Both the position numbers and the translations under genes were made by a program. A stretch of 64,000 bases of DNA from Ministeria vibrans ATCC 50519 (Eukaryota; Protista; Filasterea), in NCBI GenBank assembly GCA_943704425.1, contig CALSCP010002781.1:22330-86329 (forward strand), written 5' to 3'. A model generated the notes under the pieces. The model did not search any database. It worked only from the letters and a program-made list of their open reading frames with translations, and was not told where the DNA came from. This document shows positions 41,001-55,490 of this stretch, in pieces (the first letter of the stretch is position 1; each line of letters opens with the position of its first letter).

Positions 41001-42934
41001 CCGAAGTGAGAGCCTTCAGATCGGCACCGCAGTAGCCGACGGCACGGTCGGCAACGGCAACGAGAAGCTCGTCGGGAAGTGGTGGGTCCCACGCACGCGT
41101 GTGAATGCGCATGATGTCGCGACGCGCGTCGCGTGTGGGCAGTGCAAAGGCAAATTCACGGTCGAAACGACCGGGGCGACGCAGCGCCGGATCGATAGAG
41201 TCGATGCGGTTGGTCGCGCCAATGACAACAACCTGACCACGGTCGTCGAGACCATCCATGAGAGCTAGAAGGGTGCTCACAATCGACGCGTGGATCTGGT
41301 CTTGGCGACTACTCCGCACGGGTGCCAGACCGTCAATTTCGTCAAAGAAGATGATAGCGGGACGCATCATGTAGGCCTGGTCGAAGAGCAGGCGCAACTG
41401 ACGCTCGCTCTCGCCCACCCATTTGCTCAGACAGTCAGCCCCCTTGCGCATGAAGAAGGCGACGCGTTTGCCGCCATGCGAGCACTCGTTCGCCAGCGCA
41501 CGCGCCAAAAGCGTCTTGCCCGTACCCGGCGGGCCATGGAAAAGACAGCCACGGGGTGCGGCAATACCAAAGCGCGCAAAGAATTCGGGGTAAAGCAGCG
41601 GGAAGACAACCATTTCCTTGAGCGACAGCACGTGCTGTTCAAGCCCACCCACCTGTGCAAAAGTGGTGGTAGTGTCGAGTGACATGGGGTCAATGTCGGC
41701 GAGAGAGCCGCCACCGGAACGTAAACGCTCCTTGTAAGCCTCGCCAAATTCACGACGGTCCACATTGATAGGCATAGTTTGGCTGCGACCCGCCAGAATC
41801 GAACGGGCCTTGCGACGCACAAAGCGGTCTTCGTCCGCACTGTCATTGGACGACGACGACGACGAGCCGGTGTCGTCCGTGGACACTCCAGAGGCGCGAC
41901 GTCGCGGTGAGTGTGTGCGCGACGTGCTGATCTTCTTCTTCTTCTTCGGCTTCCACCGACTGTCACTGTTGTTGTTGCTCTTATAGTTGTTGGTTGCGTA
42001 ACGAGACGACACCGGCAGTTGCCGTCGACCTTCGTAGCGCGATGATGGTGTTGTGTTCTTGCCGTTGAGTGTCTGATGAAACACACTGCGTGGTGGTGGA
42101 TCTTGTACACCAATTTGCGCGTGAGAGTGCGGGTCTCCACGCGCCGATGGTTGCAGGCGGACAATCGGAGGCGGTGCGGCGCGCAAGCGGTACGTTCGTC
42201 CTGTTTCCTCTTCCTCTTCGTCTTCCTCTTCCTCCTCTTCGTCTTCTTCTTCGTCTTCGTCTTCGTCTTCGTCTTCATCTTCGTCTTCTTCATCTCCTAC
42301 ATCGGATTTGTCTTGGACAGGCAACACCTTGGATCGTGTGACACGGCGAATGGGCAATTCGTCTTCGCTACCGTCGTTGTCGTTTGAGGCGTAGCCGTCC
42401 CCGACGACGCTTCGAGGCGCAGTGGTCGCATGCGTGGGCCGTTTTTCCGCTAAGCTGCGCGAAGGCGGCGTCGATGATAATGCGGCCAGTTGGCGTCGAG
42501 TGATGCGTCGCGTCTCCGCTTCGTCTTCTTCTCTTTCGCCGTTCTCTCCATCCACCGGGCCCTCTCGAGCCGCTCGCCCTCGTCGCCCGTCGCCATAGCA
42601 CTGGCTGTGGCCGCTGCCAGAGTCGGGGGTCGACCGGAACAGTCGCAAGGGAGCCTTGGCGAAACACGACTCAGGCGTGCCCATCTGACTGCGCGTCGTT
42701 CGTCGCTCCTCTGGCGAGCCCAGAGCGTGCTGACGTTGCTCATGCGGCCCTGTCGTCGCCTCTCTACTCGACTTGAAGCGTGATGAGCGCGCTGGCGCTC
42801 TCGACGGTTCCGTTTCTGCAAAAACCGAATCGCTCTCAAATTTGCCCGCCAAAATATTTTTTTTTCTGATGAAAAGGGAAAAGAACGAGAGGGAAGGGCG
42901 GATTACCTGCCGATCGATGTGGTCGCTCCTTCAT
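38005..42934 (-). CDS. ATAD2: ATAD2/Yta7 AAA+ ATPase with bromodomain and three tandem PHD fingers
   Basis: GPPGTGKT, FFMRKGADCLSKWVGESERQLRLLF, DEIDGLAPVRSS, PDYYSIIK...YN bromodomain, three CxxC...CC..CP.(S/A)FH..C...W.C..C units; probable short first exon 42934-42907. Confidence 0.95.
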
Positions 42935-43408
42935 TCCAACAAGAGACTATACACGTAGAAAAAGCAATTGTATTGTAATTCGTATCTATTTGTGACATAT
43001 TTAATATTTGTGACTGTGTTAAGTGTTCGATTTCACATTTGAAATAACAGTGGTAGTTTCCACTTTTCTTTAAACATAAATAAACTGATGGCTTGGTGGT
43101 TAGGTCTCAGACTAGGGCTCACTAGGCCCGCCCGCTCACTAGAGTATGTTGTCTGGCTGTTCCTACAACGAGTTTCACACACTCACTCCCAGACGTACCG
43201 TTTCAGTCTCTTATCACTGATGAGTCGTAGACTCGTAGGACTTAGAGTCTTAGACAGACGCACACAGAGTCACAGTGACACAATGCACGCGTATTTTTGG
43301 GTTTGACCAAATACCAATTTCGATCTCTGATTATTCATATTCACATTCACACAATACACATTTTTCTCTGATTACTGGTACGTCTATTCGATCAAGGCCA
43401 ATTCAAGG

Positions 43409-46400
43409 ATGAGAGGCAAACCGGAAGCAAACACGGAGACGATCCAGGTCGTTGTGCGATGCCGACCGAAAAATTCAAACGAAACAAACTCACCGGTCAT
43501 TGTTGGATGCAACAAGTCATCAGTGGATATCAAGCAGACCATCGGCGACAAGCAGCAGACCAAAACATTCAACTTTGACAAGGTACCTGTCGCCCACGCG
43601 CATCCAGGAGATGCCTTCGTTTTTGATCTTTTTTCTTTTTTGTTATGGCGAACCTGTCAAAAAAATTCAAAAATTGTCAACTTTTCATTCAAGCGTTATT
43701 CTCGCTTAATCCCCTCCACGTCCCTTGCATGTCATATAAATGAACTACAAGTGCGTCATCCTTGACACAGGCTTCGCATTCAATTGCCTATTCTCCGAGA
43801 ATGCGAAACTGCACTGTTTCAAAAAAAAAGGACACACAATAATACTTTTCAAATACTTCTCTTTTAGGTGTTTTCGCCGCAATCCACGCAAGTTGAAGTG
43901 TACCAATCCGTTGTGCAGCCTATGTTGGAGAAGGTAAGATGGACCAAATTCGCACGGCTATTGTCTAATTGGGCTTTTTGGGTTTAGGTGGTCGATGGCT
44001 ACAACTGCACTATTTTTGCGTATGGACAGACTGGAACTGGGAAGACGCACACGATGGAAGGCAATATTGAGGCAACAGCATCGGAGTTTAGTGCCTTGGA
44101 CGACTCGAGTGCGGGAATCATTCCGCGCACGCTGCATCAGCTCTTCGAGATGCTTGACGCGCAGCAGAACGAGTACTCAGTGCGTGTCAGCTTTATTGAG
44201 CTGTACAACGAAGAACTCCGCGACCTTCTTGCGTCGCCCGCCGCTCTAGCCACCACTGGCGATCGTTTGCGCATCTTTGAAGACTCTGCTCGCAAAGGCG
44301 CCGTGGTTGTTCAAGGTACTTACAATCAAAAATGTTCTCAAGTCACTCATATTTGTGTCGACGAATTTTTTTATATTTTGTGCGCAGGTGCCGAAGAAAC
44401 GATTGTACACAACCACCGAGAGGTACATGCGCTGATGCAAAAAGGCGCAAGTGTGCGTGCAACAGCAGCCACCAAGATGAACCAACAGTCGAGTCGCTCG
44501 CACTCGGTCTTTTGCGTGACGGTGCACGTCAAGGAGTCGACAACGGACGGCGAAGAGCTCCTCAAGATTGGCAAGTTAAATCTGGTGGACTTGGCTGGCT
44601 CGGAGAACATTGGACGGAGCGGGGCACGTGATGCACGCGCGCGCGAGGCCGGCAACATCAACCAGTCGCTGCTGACGCTTGGACGGGTCATCTCGTCGCT
44701 GGTGGAGCACTCACCACACGTGCCCTACCGCGAAAGCAAACTCACACGACTCCTGCAAGACTCATTGGGCGGCTCAACCAAGACGTGCATCATTGCGACC
44801 ATCTCACCCGCTCAGAACAACCTTGAAGAGACCTTGTCGACGCTCGACTATGCGTATCGTGCTAAGAACATCAAGAACCGCCCCGAGGTCAACCAGAAGC
44901 TAACCAAGCGCGCTCTCATTGGCGAGTACGTTGCCGAAGTGGAGCGCCTCAAGCGCGATCTGGCCGCCGCACGCGAGAAAAACGGCATTTTTCTGAGCAA
45001 GGACAACTTTGACGAGATGGAAACAACGCTGGCGACACAGAAGAGTCGCATTGACGAGCTGGTGGCGGAACTGGCGGGCGTCGCGTCCGAGATGGAGAAA
45101 GTGCAGGCGCTGTTTGTCAAGGCGGAACGCGATCTTAAGGACACGCGTGTGACCCTCCAGACAACCCAGGTGGCGCTCGACGAGAAGGCACAGCAGCTGG
45201 AAGTGACCAAGGTCGAACTCAAACAGACGACGGTGGAGCGTGAAGAGCAGCGCTCGGTGGCTCAAGAGCACGCACAGACGGAAGTAATGCTGCAAAAGCA
45301 GGCGAGTGAGCTGTTGTCGACGGTGCGCGAGAGCACAGCGGACATTGACGCACTTCACGGCAAGATTGCACGCAAAGCGGCCGTCGAGTCGCGCAACCGA
45401 ACGGTCGCCGAACAATTTCGTGACTCGGTGCACACTTCGATGGAGGTACTTGGGCAAAGCATGAGTGAGTATGCCGAGGCGCAAGCGACGCAGGCTCGCG
45501 CAACGGCAACTCTGCTCAGCGAGTTTGCCGCGCGTGCCGAGTCCGCCTATGGTTCGCTCGTGTCGGTGCTCGCCGAGACGGACACACAGGCACAGTCTGC
45601 TACGGGCGCACTGGACACCCTCACTGCGGAGTGTGTTGCAGAGCGCAACGAACACTTGAGGACGAGTGTTGCACAGGCGTCGCAGGCGCATTGCGCGGCG
45701 ACCGAGACTGCCATTCGTGGTTTTCTGCGCGACACGCACACGCCACACATGGCCACACTTGCACGTCTTGCAGCCGATCAAGTTGAAGCCGTCCGTCAAC
45801 TCACGTCCCTCATGCAAACACACATTGCTTCGTCGAGTGCCGCCATGTCATCTTTTGCACAAGAGCACACCAGTCGTTTGGCGGCTCTTGACGCGACCGT
45901 CGTTACCGCCACCACGACCATTTCACAGCGCATCGAACATCAACAGGCGACGGCTGCGGCACAAGCCGAGCACGAGCGTCAAACCAACGCGGCAATGCAC
46001 GTCAATGCCATCGAGCAGATCTCCAAGGTGCTTCAGGGGCTTCAATCCCACCAGATGGCGTCGTTGGATCGCTCGCAACATGCCCTTCGTGTCGCCTCTG
46101 CAGAGACCACCGAGGCCGTGTCGCATCTTTCAGCGCGCGTGTCAACAACGGTCTCGCACGCCCAGCAGTCGATTCAGCAACACGAGGCATCTCATCAAAG
46201 TTTGCAAGCTGCAAGCACGAATTCTCTATCGTCGTTTGCTGAGAGTACCACTCAGAACACCTCGTCCGTCGAGCAGACACACACGGCTTTGAGCAGCGCC
46301 ACAGATGCGGTTTTTGCCTCGCTCGCTTCGGTCACCAAGCAGCACAGTGGGAATGTGGTAGCCGCAGTTGACGCAAACAGCGCCGCCCTTGACTCTCACA

Positions 46401-46933
46401 TGCACAAGCACCGCACGGCCACACACGAAGCGTCTAAGACCCTATCGGATGCTCTCAAGGGTGTCTCGGGCACCATCCAGGAGCGTGAGCACGCCGTAGA
46501 TACTCTCTGCGAGTCAGCCGATGGCATTTTTACCGAAATGCAACGACTGTCGCTCGACCAGCGCCAGTCGGCGCTCAAGAGTAAAGAGACGCTCAAGCAG
46601 GAGACCGACGTATTTGTGGCCGACAAGCTGGCAGTGGATGTGCCCACAGGCGCAACGCCTCTCAAGGATCGTGCCTACCCCCACCCGACCGAATTTGCCA
46701 AGACGCGCGCACACCAGCTTATCATCACGGACCTGCATGCGAAACTCATGAATCTGGAGCAAGGAGGGGAAAACGACGATGAAGATGAGAAGGACAAGGA
46801 GGAAACGAGTCCGTCGCGCAAAGAGAATTCCGCGGAGAGCACTGCAACGTCCGTAGCGCCCTCAAAAAGTCGCTTGCCCACAACACGTACGACCAAAGTG
46901 CCGCTGAGGACACTGTCCTCCAATTGCAAATAA
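43409..46933 (+). CDS. KIF11: Kinesin-5 (Eg5/BimC)
   Basis: [45 protein letters not shown], long coiled coil, BimC box PTGATP. Confidence 0.96.
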
Positions 46934-47030
46934 GAGAAATGAGAGAGAAAAGGAAAATTATGCTTGAGGGTGTGAATGAAGGAGAGANNNNNNAATTATG
47001 CTTGAGGGTGTGAATGAAGGAGAAAAAAGA

Positions 47031-50000
47031 TTAATAAACGTTGTTCATGAGGACATTGTAGCGCATGAGACGCGAGTTGACCTCGGCGGACACACGATAG
47101 CTGATCATGCCAGCAAAGGTAGTCAAGGCATCCGCTTGAGCGCGCAGACGGTCTAGGAGGGTGTCGGCCACGGGGTGATGGTGCTGCTGTTGCTGCAACT
47201 GCTGTGTGTGTCGATGTTGTTGCTGAGTGCGGGTGCGCTCGTGCAGTTGGTAGACACAGTTCATTGTGGATGTCAAAATCGCTCCAATGTTGCGCCGGAT
47301 GTCGTCGGCAACCGTGCGGAATTGATCCACCTTCGCAGTAACCTAGAGAAAACAAGTAGAGACGCACAAGCACACAAAAGTCAAGACAATATACCAGGAG
47401 ACCAATTAGGCTTACCTGAGCACTTGAAGTGGGGAGGAGAGCAATGCTTTCAGAGAAGGAGAGCGCCTCCTCATAAGCACTCGAGTGATACGAGTCAAAG
47501 AACTACAAAAATAGAAAAGAGGGACATTCCAATTTCAGTTGCCTTGCCTTTCCCAAATTCGAGTGTTTGTTACCATGAAAAGTTTGAGGAGGGTTGAAAA
47601 AGAGGCGTAGAGTTCGGCCAAGGGACGCAAATGGAAGACGTTGAGGGAATGGAAGCGATGATCGATGCGCAGAGCAAGGGTGTGGATAGAGGCGCGCAGG
47701 GGCGACGACGACGAGGGCACGGCAACGCACTGGCCCAGTTGTGTGTTGAGCAAAGTCAACACACTTGAGTAGTTCTAACAAAAAAAAAGATTGTGAGTGC
47801 GCTTGTTTCAAAGGATTTTGTTGTTTACCTCTGCAAGGTCGTAGAGAACAATAGCGTCCTCAACACGGCCGTTCTCTTCGCAGCTCTGTGCAACTGTGTC
47901 AATGACATCCGACAGCTCCTCGCGAGTCTTGACAAACCGATCGACACACCCAGGCTGAAACAAAACAATTATTATTATTATTATTATTTTTTATTTTTAT
48001 GATAGTTATTGTTATTATATGAAAAGGTTATTATAGACACGTTGTTATAGACCAAAATAAAAAATATCACGAAAATCAATTCTCAGAGAGTATCTTGAGG
48101 GGTTTTTATATATATACCTTTCGAGAGCCGTCGGCATTGAGAGAGCCGAGAATAAGCTGAACTTCGTTGGTCTCGAGAACCAAGTCGCGAATGGAGAGGA
48201 TGAATGCGTTGGAGTTGTCGGTGGAGACGCTCTTGAGGAGGTGGAAGTACTCGAGAGCCTGGCGGGGGTCGGTGGACGAGAAGGAGCGTGCGTACTGGAT
48301 GAGGAGACGCGCAATGTTGAGGTCGCAGTGGGCTGTGCGGTCTGTGGCGGGCAGAGTGAGCAAATCGCTGTGAGCATTTTTGGCGACGTGGAGCAGACCG
48401 TAGTGATGAAGAGCAACGCCAAAGTGCGTTGCCTCACAACGGTACGCCACCGACGTCCAAAGATACTCGATAGCACGCTCAAACTGGGCCGTGAGCAAGA
48501 GGGCGCGAAAGTAGAGAAATACGGAGACGCCCGGGCGCGAAAAGTAGGCAGCACCCACTTCGGGACCGGACAGCCACTGTTGCAGGTCGGTGAGAGTGTA
48601 GGAGCCGTCTTCGCGAACGAAGCTCAGCTTCAGCCACAAGAAATCCTCCATCGTCTCAAAGACGGACCAGGAGACATTCTTCACGTCAAATCGACCAATA
48701 ATGTTCATGACGGCAAGGCGGAAGGGGTCCGACTGCTTCTTGTTGCCGGCCATGCTCTCGAGCAACTCACACGACTTGCGCGACAGCGACCGCGACTCAC
48801 TGCGCACATACTCGGACAAGAACTCGACAAATTTGTGGTCTTCGTGCGCCATCGCATCGCGACCATCCTCACACACGCGCAGGGCAAGCTCGCTATCGCC
48901 GCAGCGCTAAAACAAAAAAAAAGAGAGAATAGAATAGAAAAGAAAAAAAAAGAAATTATTGTTAATTATTATTAATTATTAGTGTTGGTGTTTTGTTTTT
49001 CTTTTGGATGTGGTTGTCGTTGTTGGCGGGTTTCTCGTACTAGAGCGTAAAAAACAATGGCCCAAAAAGAAAGACCGTTGAGAAAGCCTTCAGTGTGTTC
49101 GGGAAGAGGCACACGTGCGTACTTGACGCGCAAGAAGGCCTTGATGTGCGCGAGGAGAGAGGGAGCGCCACCGAGACGACCGGCATCGCGTGGGTCCTGC
49201 TCAATAGTGCCCTTGATGTGTTCAATGTACTGCTCGTGGAGGAAATCGAGGGCGCCTGCAACGTGGTTGGCGCGCAGCTGTGCATCACCGCGTGAGTAGG
49301 CATCCTTGAACTCGCTCGGTTGCAGTACGCGTCTCTATAAAAAGCGTGGACAAGAGTGAGAAAGAGTTTGTGGGAAAGAAAGAAAATAAAAAATAATAAC
49401 TAATAATGATTGAAACTATTATGTGCTTGTGTGTGTGTGCATGCAAGGTCCAGTACCTGAAACTGTCGGTTGCGCACATCTGTTTCGCCCACCATTCGTG
49501 TCAGAAGACTCCAGCAGCCAATAATTTCTGCCTTGGCCTGTCTCTCCTTTAGAAAGAAAGGGATGGATAGAACCGGATGCAATGTATATGCGTGTGAGTA
49601 GAGCCAAATATGTCCCGCCGTGCGTAAATTCTTACAACATCTTCAACGGTTGCGGCTACATCCAACATCCAATGGAGCAGTGGTGCAGGCTGTGAGTCGA
49701 GAAGTGCATCGTTGAGCTCAAAGACAACGCGAGCATACTTGAGCTGACGTGACGAGAGCCCACGACTGCCAATTGTAGTGTTGTGCTGTTGAGTCTGGCT
49801 GCGCGACATGGTCGTGTCCATCATGGTCGTGTCCTATCAAAACGCCGAGGGTGAGTGCATTTATTATTTTGACTGTTATCTCGGGTCGTGGTGTGTTTCC
49901 TACGTTGGCCGCGTGCATGCTTGCGTCTACGTCGAATCTGCGGCCCAGTGCTTCAAAGATGTTGCGCTTGTCGCTCTCCCAGTCGCTCTCGATGCTCTTC

Positions 50001-50946
50001 ACAAACGATCGGTTCACATCCTCAATGGTCTGTGCACGCGAGTGGGTGTACAACAAGACAATTAGTCTGTGATAAAAAAACACTGTAGACTGGGAAAGCA
50101 TCCGTACGTTCTTCTTGGCTTCTTGGATTGCTGTAAGAATGAGCATGCGGTGAACATGGCGAAGGTAGCCCTACAACAAAAAAAGTGTCGGAGCACATAA
50201 TTGGACTGTTTGTCATCTCTGCCTTACTTGAATATCTTTTCTTGGCTCTGACGCTTCAATAGTCGTCTGAAGATCAATCTGGTGCATCATTCGGGTGTGG
50301 TGATCGGCATCAAACCCTCGAGTGGCCAACAAAAAGTGACTACAAGCGACAAGAGAAAGAGAGAGAGCACAATGAGAGAGTTGAATCAGCGACGAGACAA
50401 AGAGACTCCGGGAGAGAGCCAGAGCCAACGACCCTAAGAAGGGTCTCCCACCACAGACACCATCACACACGCTCACGTACGCTTTGGTCGTGTCGGAATC
50501 GCCAGAGCGTGAAACTTTCTCGGCAAGACGTCGCGAAACGAGAGCCGTCTGGTTGACGCCACGCTCCATGCGCGGCAGTCCCATGGTCATCTCATGCGCA
50601 ACGGTGGGCGGTACAATCGCTTGGGCCTGCGACGGAGGCGGAGAGACACACAGAGAGAGAGAGGGAGAGGGAGAGAGTGCGAATCAGTGGAGCGTTTGAA
50701 AAAAGACGAAAAAAAAAAAACGAATCGAGTGATTTTTCGGGAGAATTTCAGTTGATCGTTGTCAAGCAGGGAGCAGTATTACATCAATAGGTTGGGTAGA
50801 GGTGGGGTGGGAGGAGAAGGGACTGGAAAGGAGCAGCGTACGCGTTGGAAGGTGTCGCGAAAGTTGACAGGGGCATTTGCGCTTGCCGAAGACGCTTTCG
50901 TTGAGGTGCTCTCGGTGCGCTTCGACAAGGACGGGAGTGAATTCAT
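47031..50946 (-). CDS. NUP93: Nucleoporin NUP93/Nic96
   Basis: LPRMERGV, HFLLATRGFD, DWESDKRNI, FLHEQY, MEDFLWLKL, LLLTAQFERAIEYL, YARSF..TDPRQALEY, ALTTFAGMISYR; many exons; exact start uncertain. Confidence 0.92.
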
Positions 50947-51247
50947 CTCGGACGCACTGGCTCGGAGTGAAAGTTTAGAAGATGAATAATAATAATAAAA
51001 ACTGAAACAAACTTGATTATTAGTATTTATATGGTACGTGCAATCAAATGTAAAATACAATAATAAATAATTATACCAACAGACTTTTTAATACAAAATC
51101 CTGACTTTTGTAATTATTTTCTGGATTTTGTATTTTTTATAATGAAGTTTTTTCTGGATTCTGTTTTTTGCCCGTTGAAGATGCATTACTTTTCCATAAA
51201 TGGATTCAATAATTGATACAAAAGTGAGAAAAATCAACTTGTAATAT

Positions 51248-52212
51248 TTACAATGCCTTCGTCTTCTTCGATGGCTGAGACTGCTGCTCCGTCTCACTAG
51301 CACGCTTCTTGCCTTTGCCTCTGGCCTCCTCACTGGTCGACGGCTCGTCTTGAGCAAACGTGACCTTGCTCGTTCCATTTTTCGATGTGGCTGTTGCCTT
51401 GGCGCTGCCACTGGTCGCAGCAGCTGTAGCAGCGGGCGCGACTGCCTTGGCAATGGCACTGGGCATGGACGGCACAACTTTGCTCTTTCGTTTTGGCGTG
51501 GTCGCAGCAGCTCCGCCCGTTGTGTTAATGCCCTCGAGCACTGCATAGTTGATTTTGGACGAACTCTTCTTCTGGTTGATGCTCTTGCGCACCAGATCCG
51601 ATGGGAGTTCGTTCTCGGCCAGCGCCTGGTTGCGTCGTCGTCGTCGTCGATTCTTTTTCTCAGGACGCACTACTCCCTTGACGTTGTCTTCAGCCTTGAT
51701 TCGCTCGCGTTCCTCCATCGCAATGAGGTACTCGCGATTGACCAACTCCCACGCTTGCGTGCGCGCCCCTGCCTGTGTCTGGTCGTAGATAAATCGATCT
51801 TCGTCATCGAGGTCGCTCAGCGACGACGTCGAGTGCGTCTCCAGTCCCTCTACTTCCTCCTCTTGCTGTTTGATGCGCGACAGCATTTCGGCCAGCTGAG
51901 TCGTCGTGGGACCGTCAGTGCTAGTTCCAGTGAACGGAGCAGAAGCAGAAGCAGAAGCAGAAGCAGCGGCAGCCGCAGATGCAGCCGCTGGGATACTGCT
52001 ACCACCACTTGAGGCTGTTGTGCTGGTGGGCTTGAGACCGGCCTCGGCAATGGCTGCAAGACTCAGAGTGGTTTTGGCAGCTGCTGTCATTTTGGCGTCA
52101 CTGAGCGACGCAATATTGAGTTGCTGGAACTCAGGTTGTTTCGCAATGCGTTCAAACTCACGCTGAGTCACATCCGTGACACCATCCTTGGCCTCTAAAG
52201 GCACATCATCAT

Positions 52213-52246
<34 letters not shown>

Positions 52247-53709
52247 AGCAGCAGTACTAGTACTGGTACTAGTAGTTGTAGTAGATGAGGCAGTGGTTGT
52301 GGGAGGTCCCGTGATGGCCAGAGTCGTTGCGGGTCCCTCAAGAGCACGGCGCAGTTCTTCGGCGCGTCTCCGTCTTGCGGCGAGAAACGACGGAGGATCC
52401 TGTTCCGTCTCAAGATCGATTGTCTCAAATTCGCGTGTGGTCAGTTTGCCACTGGGCGTCTCTTCAAACTCGTCCAGACGACGACGAAGCGTGTTGTTGT
52501 TGACCCGCACCACATTGATTATTTCTCCTTGGGTGCGCCGGAAGCCATGTAAACGCGCCGCAATCAACAGAGCTGCAAGAGCAATAATTTAGAGACGGCA
52601 AGAGACGAAAAATGAATGGCTTCACCTGCTCCGCAGATTCCGGCAGGACGACGACCATACTGAATCCAATCTCGCTTCATACGACCCACCAGACGCAGTG
52701 CTGTGTTCTCCACGTCCGTGGCCTTGTCGCCAAACTCGAGTTTTGACGCGAAACGGCGCACGTAAAGTGCAGGGTCTAAACGACAACGGCACAATTTAAT
52801 AGCTTGCTGTTTGTCTCCTTTTTGGTACCTGTAGGCGGTAATTTGAGTTTAAGAATGTGACATAGTTTGATAAAGGCGTTGCCGAGGACGTAGACATTGA
52901 TCTGCAGGGTGTCACTAAAGTCCAAGAGCATGTGAGGTGTCTTGTCAAGACGACACACAATGTAGAGACAGGAGGCGACCACCAGCTGAGTGCGACGGCC
53001 TTGGATGAAGTTGTGCGTAACTGCCAGCTTGTAGTACTGTTGCGCCTGCTCAACGTGGTGGGTGTTCATGTGGAGCTGAGCGGCCACTTCGGCAATGCGT
53101 TTGCGACCGTTGGCCAGTGTCACCTCGCGCGACTCACGCCCATAGCCGTGTCCGTAGCCGGCGCCCGCACCGAATTTGTTAACGCCTACCAAAGAATAGA
53201 GTGTGAGCGCGTGAGTCCAAAGGAAAGACGGTCAAAGCGAGCGCAAACGACGTCTGACATTTCCATACGGAATATAAAAAGGTGTTTTGCGAAACACACG
53301 TCGCTCGCGTTCGACGCTGCGAGTTTCATAGTAGGAGCGGCAGGTCAAAGGATGGCCACAGCCACGTGGGAGTATGTGCAACGGCGCGTTGAGCGGCCAA
53401 CGAGTCGCGCGTCAAAAAGTGTTGTGCTTCCGCTCTTCGAATGGCCGTTGGATGGCGCTCCACAAAAACAACAACGAGCGGAGGCACGGGGCGGGCGCGA
53501 CGGGCACGCACACGCACTCCGCAACAACGTCTACCTGATTGAGGGACATACTGGCCCATGACTTGTCCGCCCGTGCTTGTTTCCGCAAAGGTAACTTCGC
53601 TCACAATCATTTGGTCGTCGACCACTGCGCCACAATTGGTGCACACAGCCGAGCCGCGCGACATGTCCTGGTCGATGTCGCCGCCTCCACAATTGGAGCA
53701 CGACACCAT
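51248..53709 (-). CDS. BRF1: TFIIIB subunit BRF1
   Basis: CSNCG...VCTNCG zinc ribbon, [57 protein letters not shown]. Confidence 0.95.
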
Positions 53710-53909
53710 GGTAAAATGTGAAAGAGACTGAGATCTAAAGTGAGAAGTGATCAAGTGAGAAAACAGAGAATTCACTCAGACTCGAGTATTGAGAATTTGA
53801 TTGAGATTTGAGATTTGATGCTGCACGTCTTATGCTTGTGAGTTGTGATGGTAAATACTAGATACTAATACTAATAATAATTTTAATTCACAACACATTC
53901 TTTCAGCTT

Positions 53910-54452
53910 TCACAACTCGGCAAAGGCATATTGATGATCAGCAAGCTCCAAATGGTCCTTGAGGTCTTGGAAGATCTTGTTCCAGTCGACGGGCTGGCCA
54001 GGTGCCGCGGGAGCGCCCATACCGGGCATGGTCTTTTGCATGGCCTTGGCTTGACTCGCCTCTACACACACACATAGACATACACACGCGCGTTTAATGT
54101 ACGAACATTTATGTGTTGTGTACCACGTACCATTGTTTTCACCGAGGACCAGAGAGTGAAGGCCAGACATGCCGAACATACAGAGAAAGTACCAAGAAAG
54201 CGAGGAGACCCAGGAGGCGTCGAGAGAGGGCAGGTCGACACCACGCTGAGGAAAAGGCAAGTCAATAATTGAAGATGCACATACACACACAAACACACAA
54301 TCATCATAATTATATAAACACACACCAAACTCTTCTCTCTCTATCACTTTGTTTCTTTCTCCCTCCTTTCTCTCTCTCTATCACTTTGTTTCTTTCTCCC
54401 TCCTTTCTCTCTCTCTATCACTTTGTTTCTTTCTCCCTCCTTTCTCTCTCTC

Positions 54453-54536
<84 letters not shown>

Positions 54537-55041
54537 CTTTGTTTCCTTCTCTCTCTCTATCACTTTGTTTCTTTCTCCTTTCTCTCTCTCTGCGTGTACC
54601 TGAAGCATCGTTTTGAAGCGGGTGGAGAGGGTGAATGGCACGCGAACGAGAACAAAGCCGGAGAAGAAAAAGTTGATCCAGGCCATCAGCAACACTTGCG
54701 GGCCAAACGACGAGAGATTGTTCTTCATCATGGTCGACATCATAGAGGGATCTGTCATGGGGTTGCTGGCGGCAGGACGCTTGCGAGTGAGTGCGCCCTA
54801 ACGAGAGAGTAAGAGAATATGATGTGATGTGAGACTGAGTGGACTCATCTCAACACATTTTTCTGACACGTACTGCTGCCTCAACGGTCATGCCTGCGCG
54901 TCGCATGAGAAACGACCGCTGTGGAATGCTGTTGCGATTGGCAATGAGCAGCTGAGCTCGCTGCGCGATTTGGCTGAGAGTAGAGACAAAAAAAAAAAAC
55001 TATTTTGCCATACTCAATCNNNNNNNNNNAAAAAAAAAAAA

Positions 55042-55072
<31 letters not shown>

Positions 55073-55323
55073 CAATAAGAAACGCATGAGACTCACACGA
55101 GCGAAGGGGCCTCTTACGCATCCTGCTGCTGTTGCAACGTCTGCTTCTTGGGTGAGTTGATGAGCGTCACAACGTTGTGCCTACAGAGCAGTGTCTCTGA
55201 GCGACCGAAATTTGACGAAAATCCATTCACAACTCACCTTAAGATGCCCACAAGAAAAAGCACCACAAAGAGCGGTATGAGAACCCAGTTGCGAATCTCC
55301 GCGTCCAGCAGAAGCGAGGACAT
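53910..55323 (-). CDS. EMC3: ER membrane complex subunit 3
   Basis: [41 protein letters not shown]|[18 protein letters not shown]; spans the gap at 55020-55029. Confidence 0.93.
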
Positions 55324-55490
55324 GGCTGAAATTAAAAATATTAAATTATTATTCATATTATTTTTTACACTCATTTCTGAATTCTGACTATCTTCCTCAT
55401 TAGGGCCTAGTCACATTGCCAACTAAATCATCTTGCCAATTGATATACGCGACACGTGTCTGAATCTCTCCTTCTTTTTATATTACTATT

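Noticed and set aside
46955-47025. Direct repeat of about 30 nt that looks like a target-site duplication
   Set aside because: The two copies flank an N gap; this is an unmerged contig overlap.
54335-54580. GTGATAGAGA resembling a tet operator half-site
   Set aside because: No palindrome is present and it is part of the intronic CT-associated repeat family.
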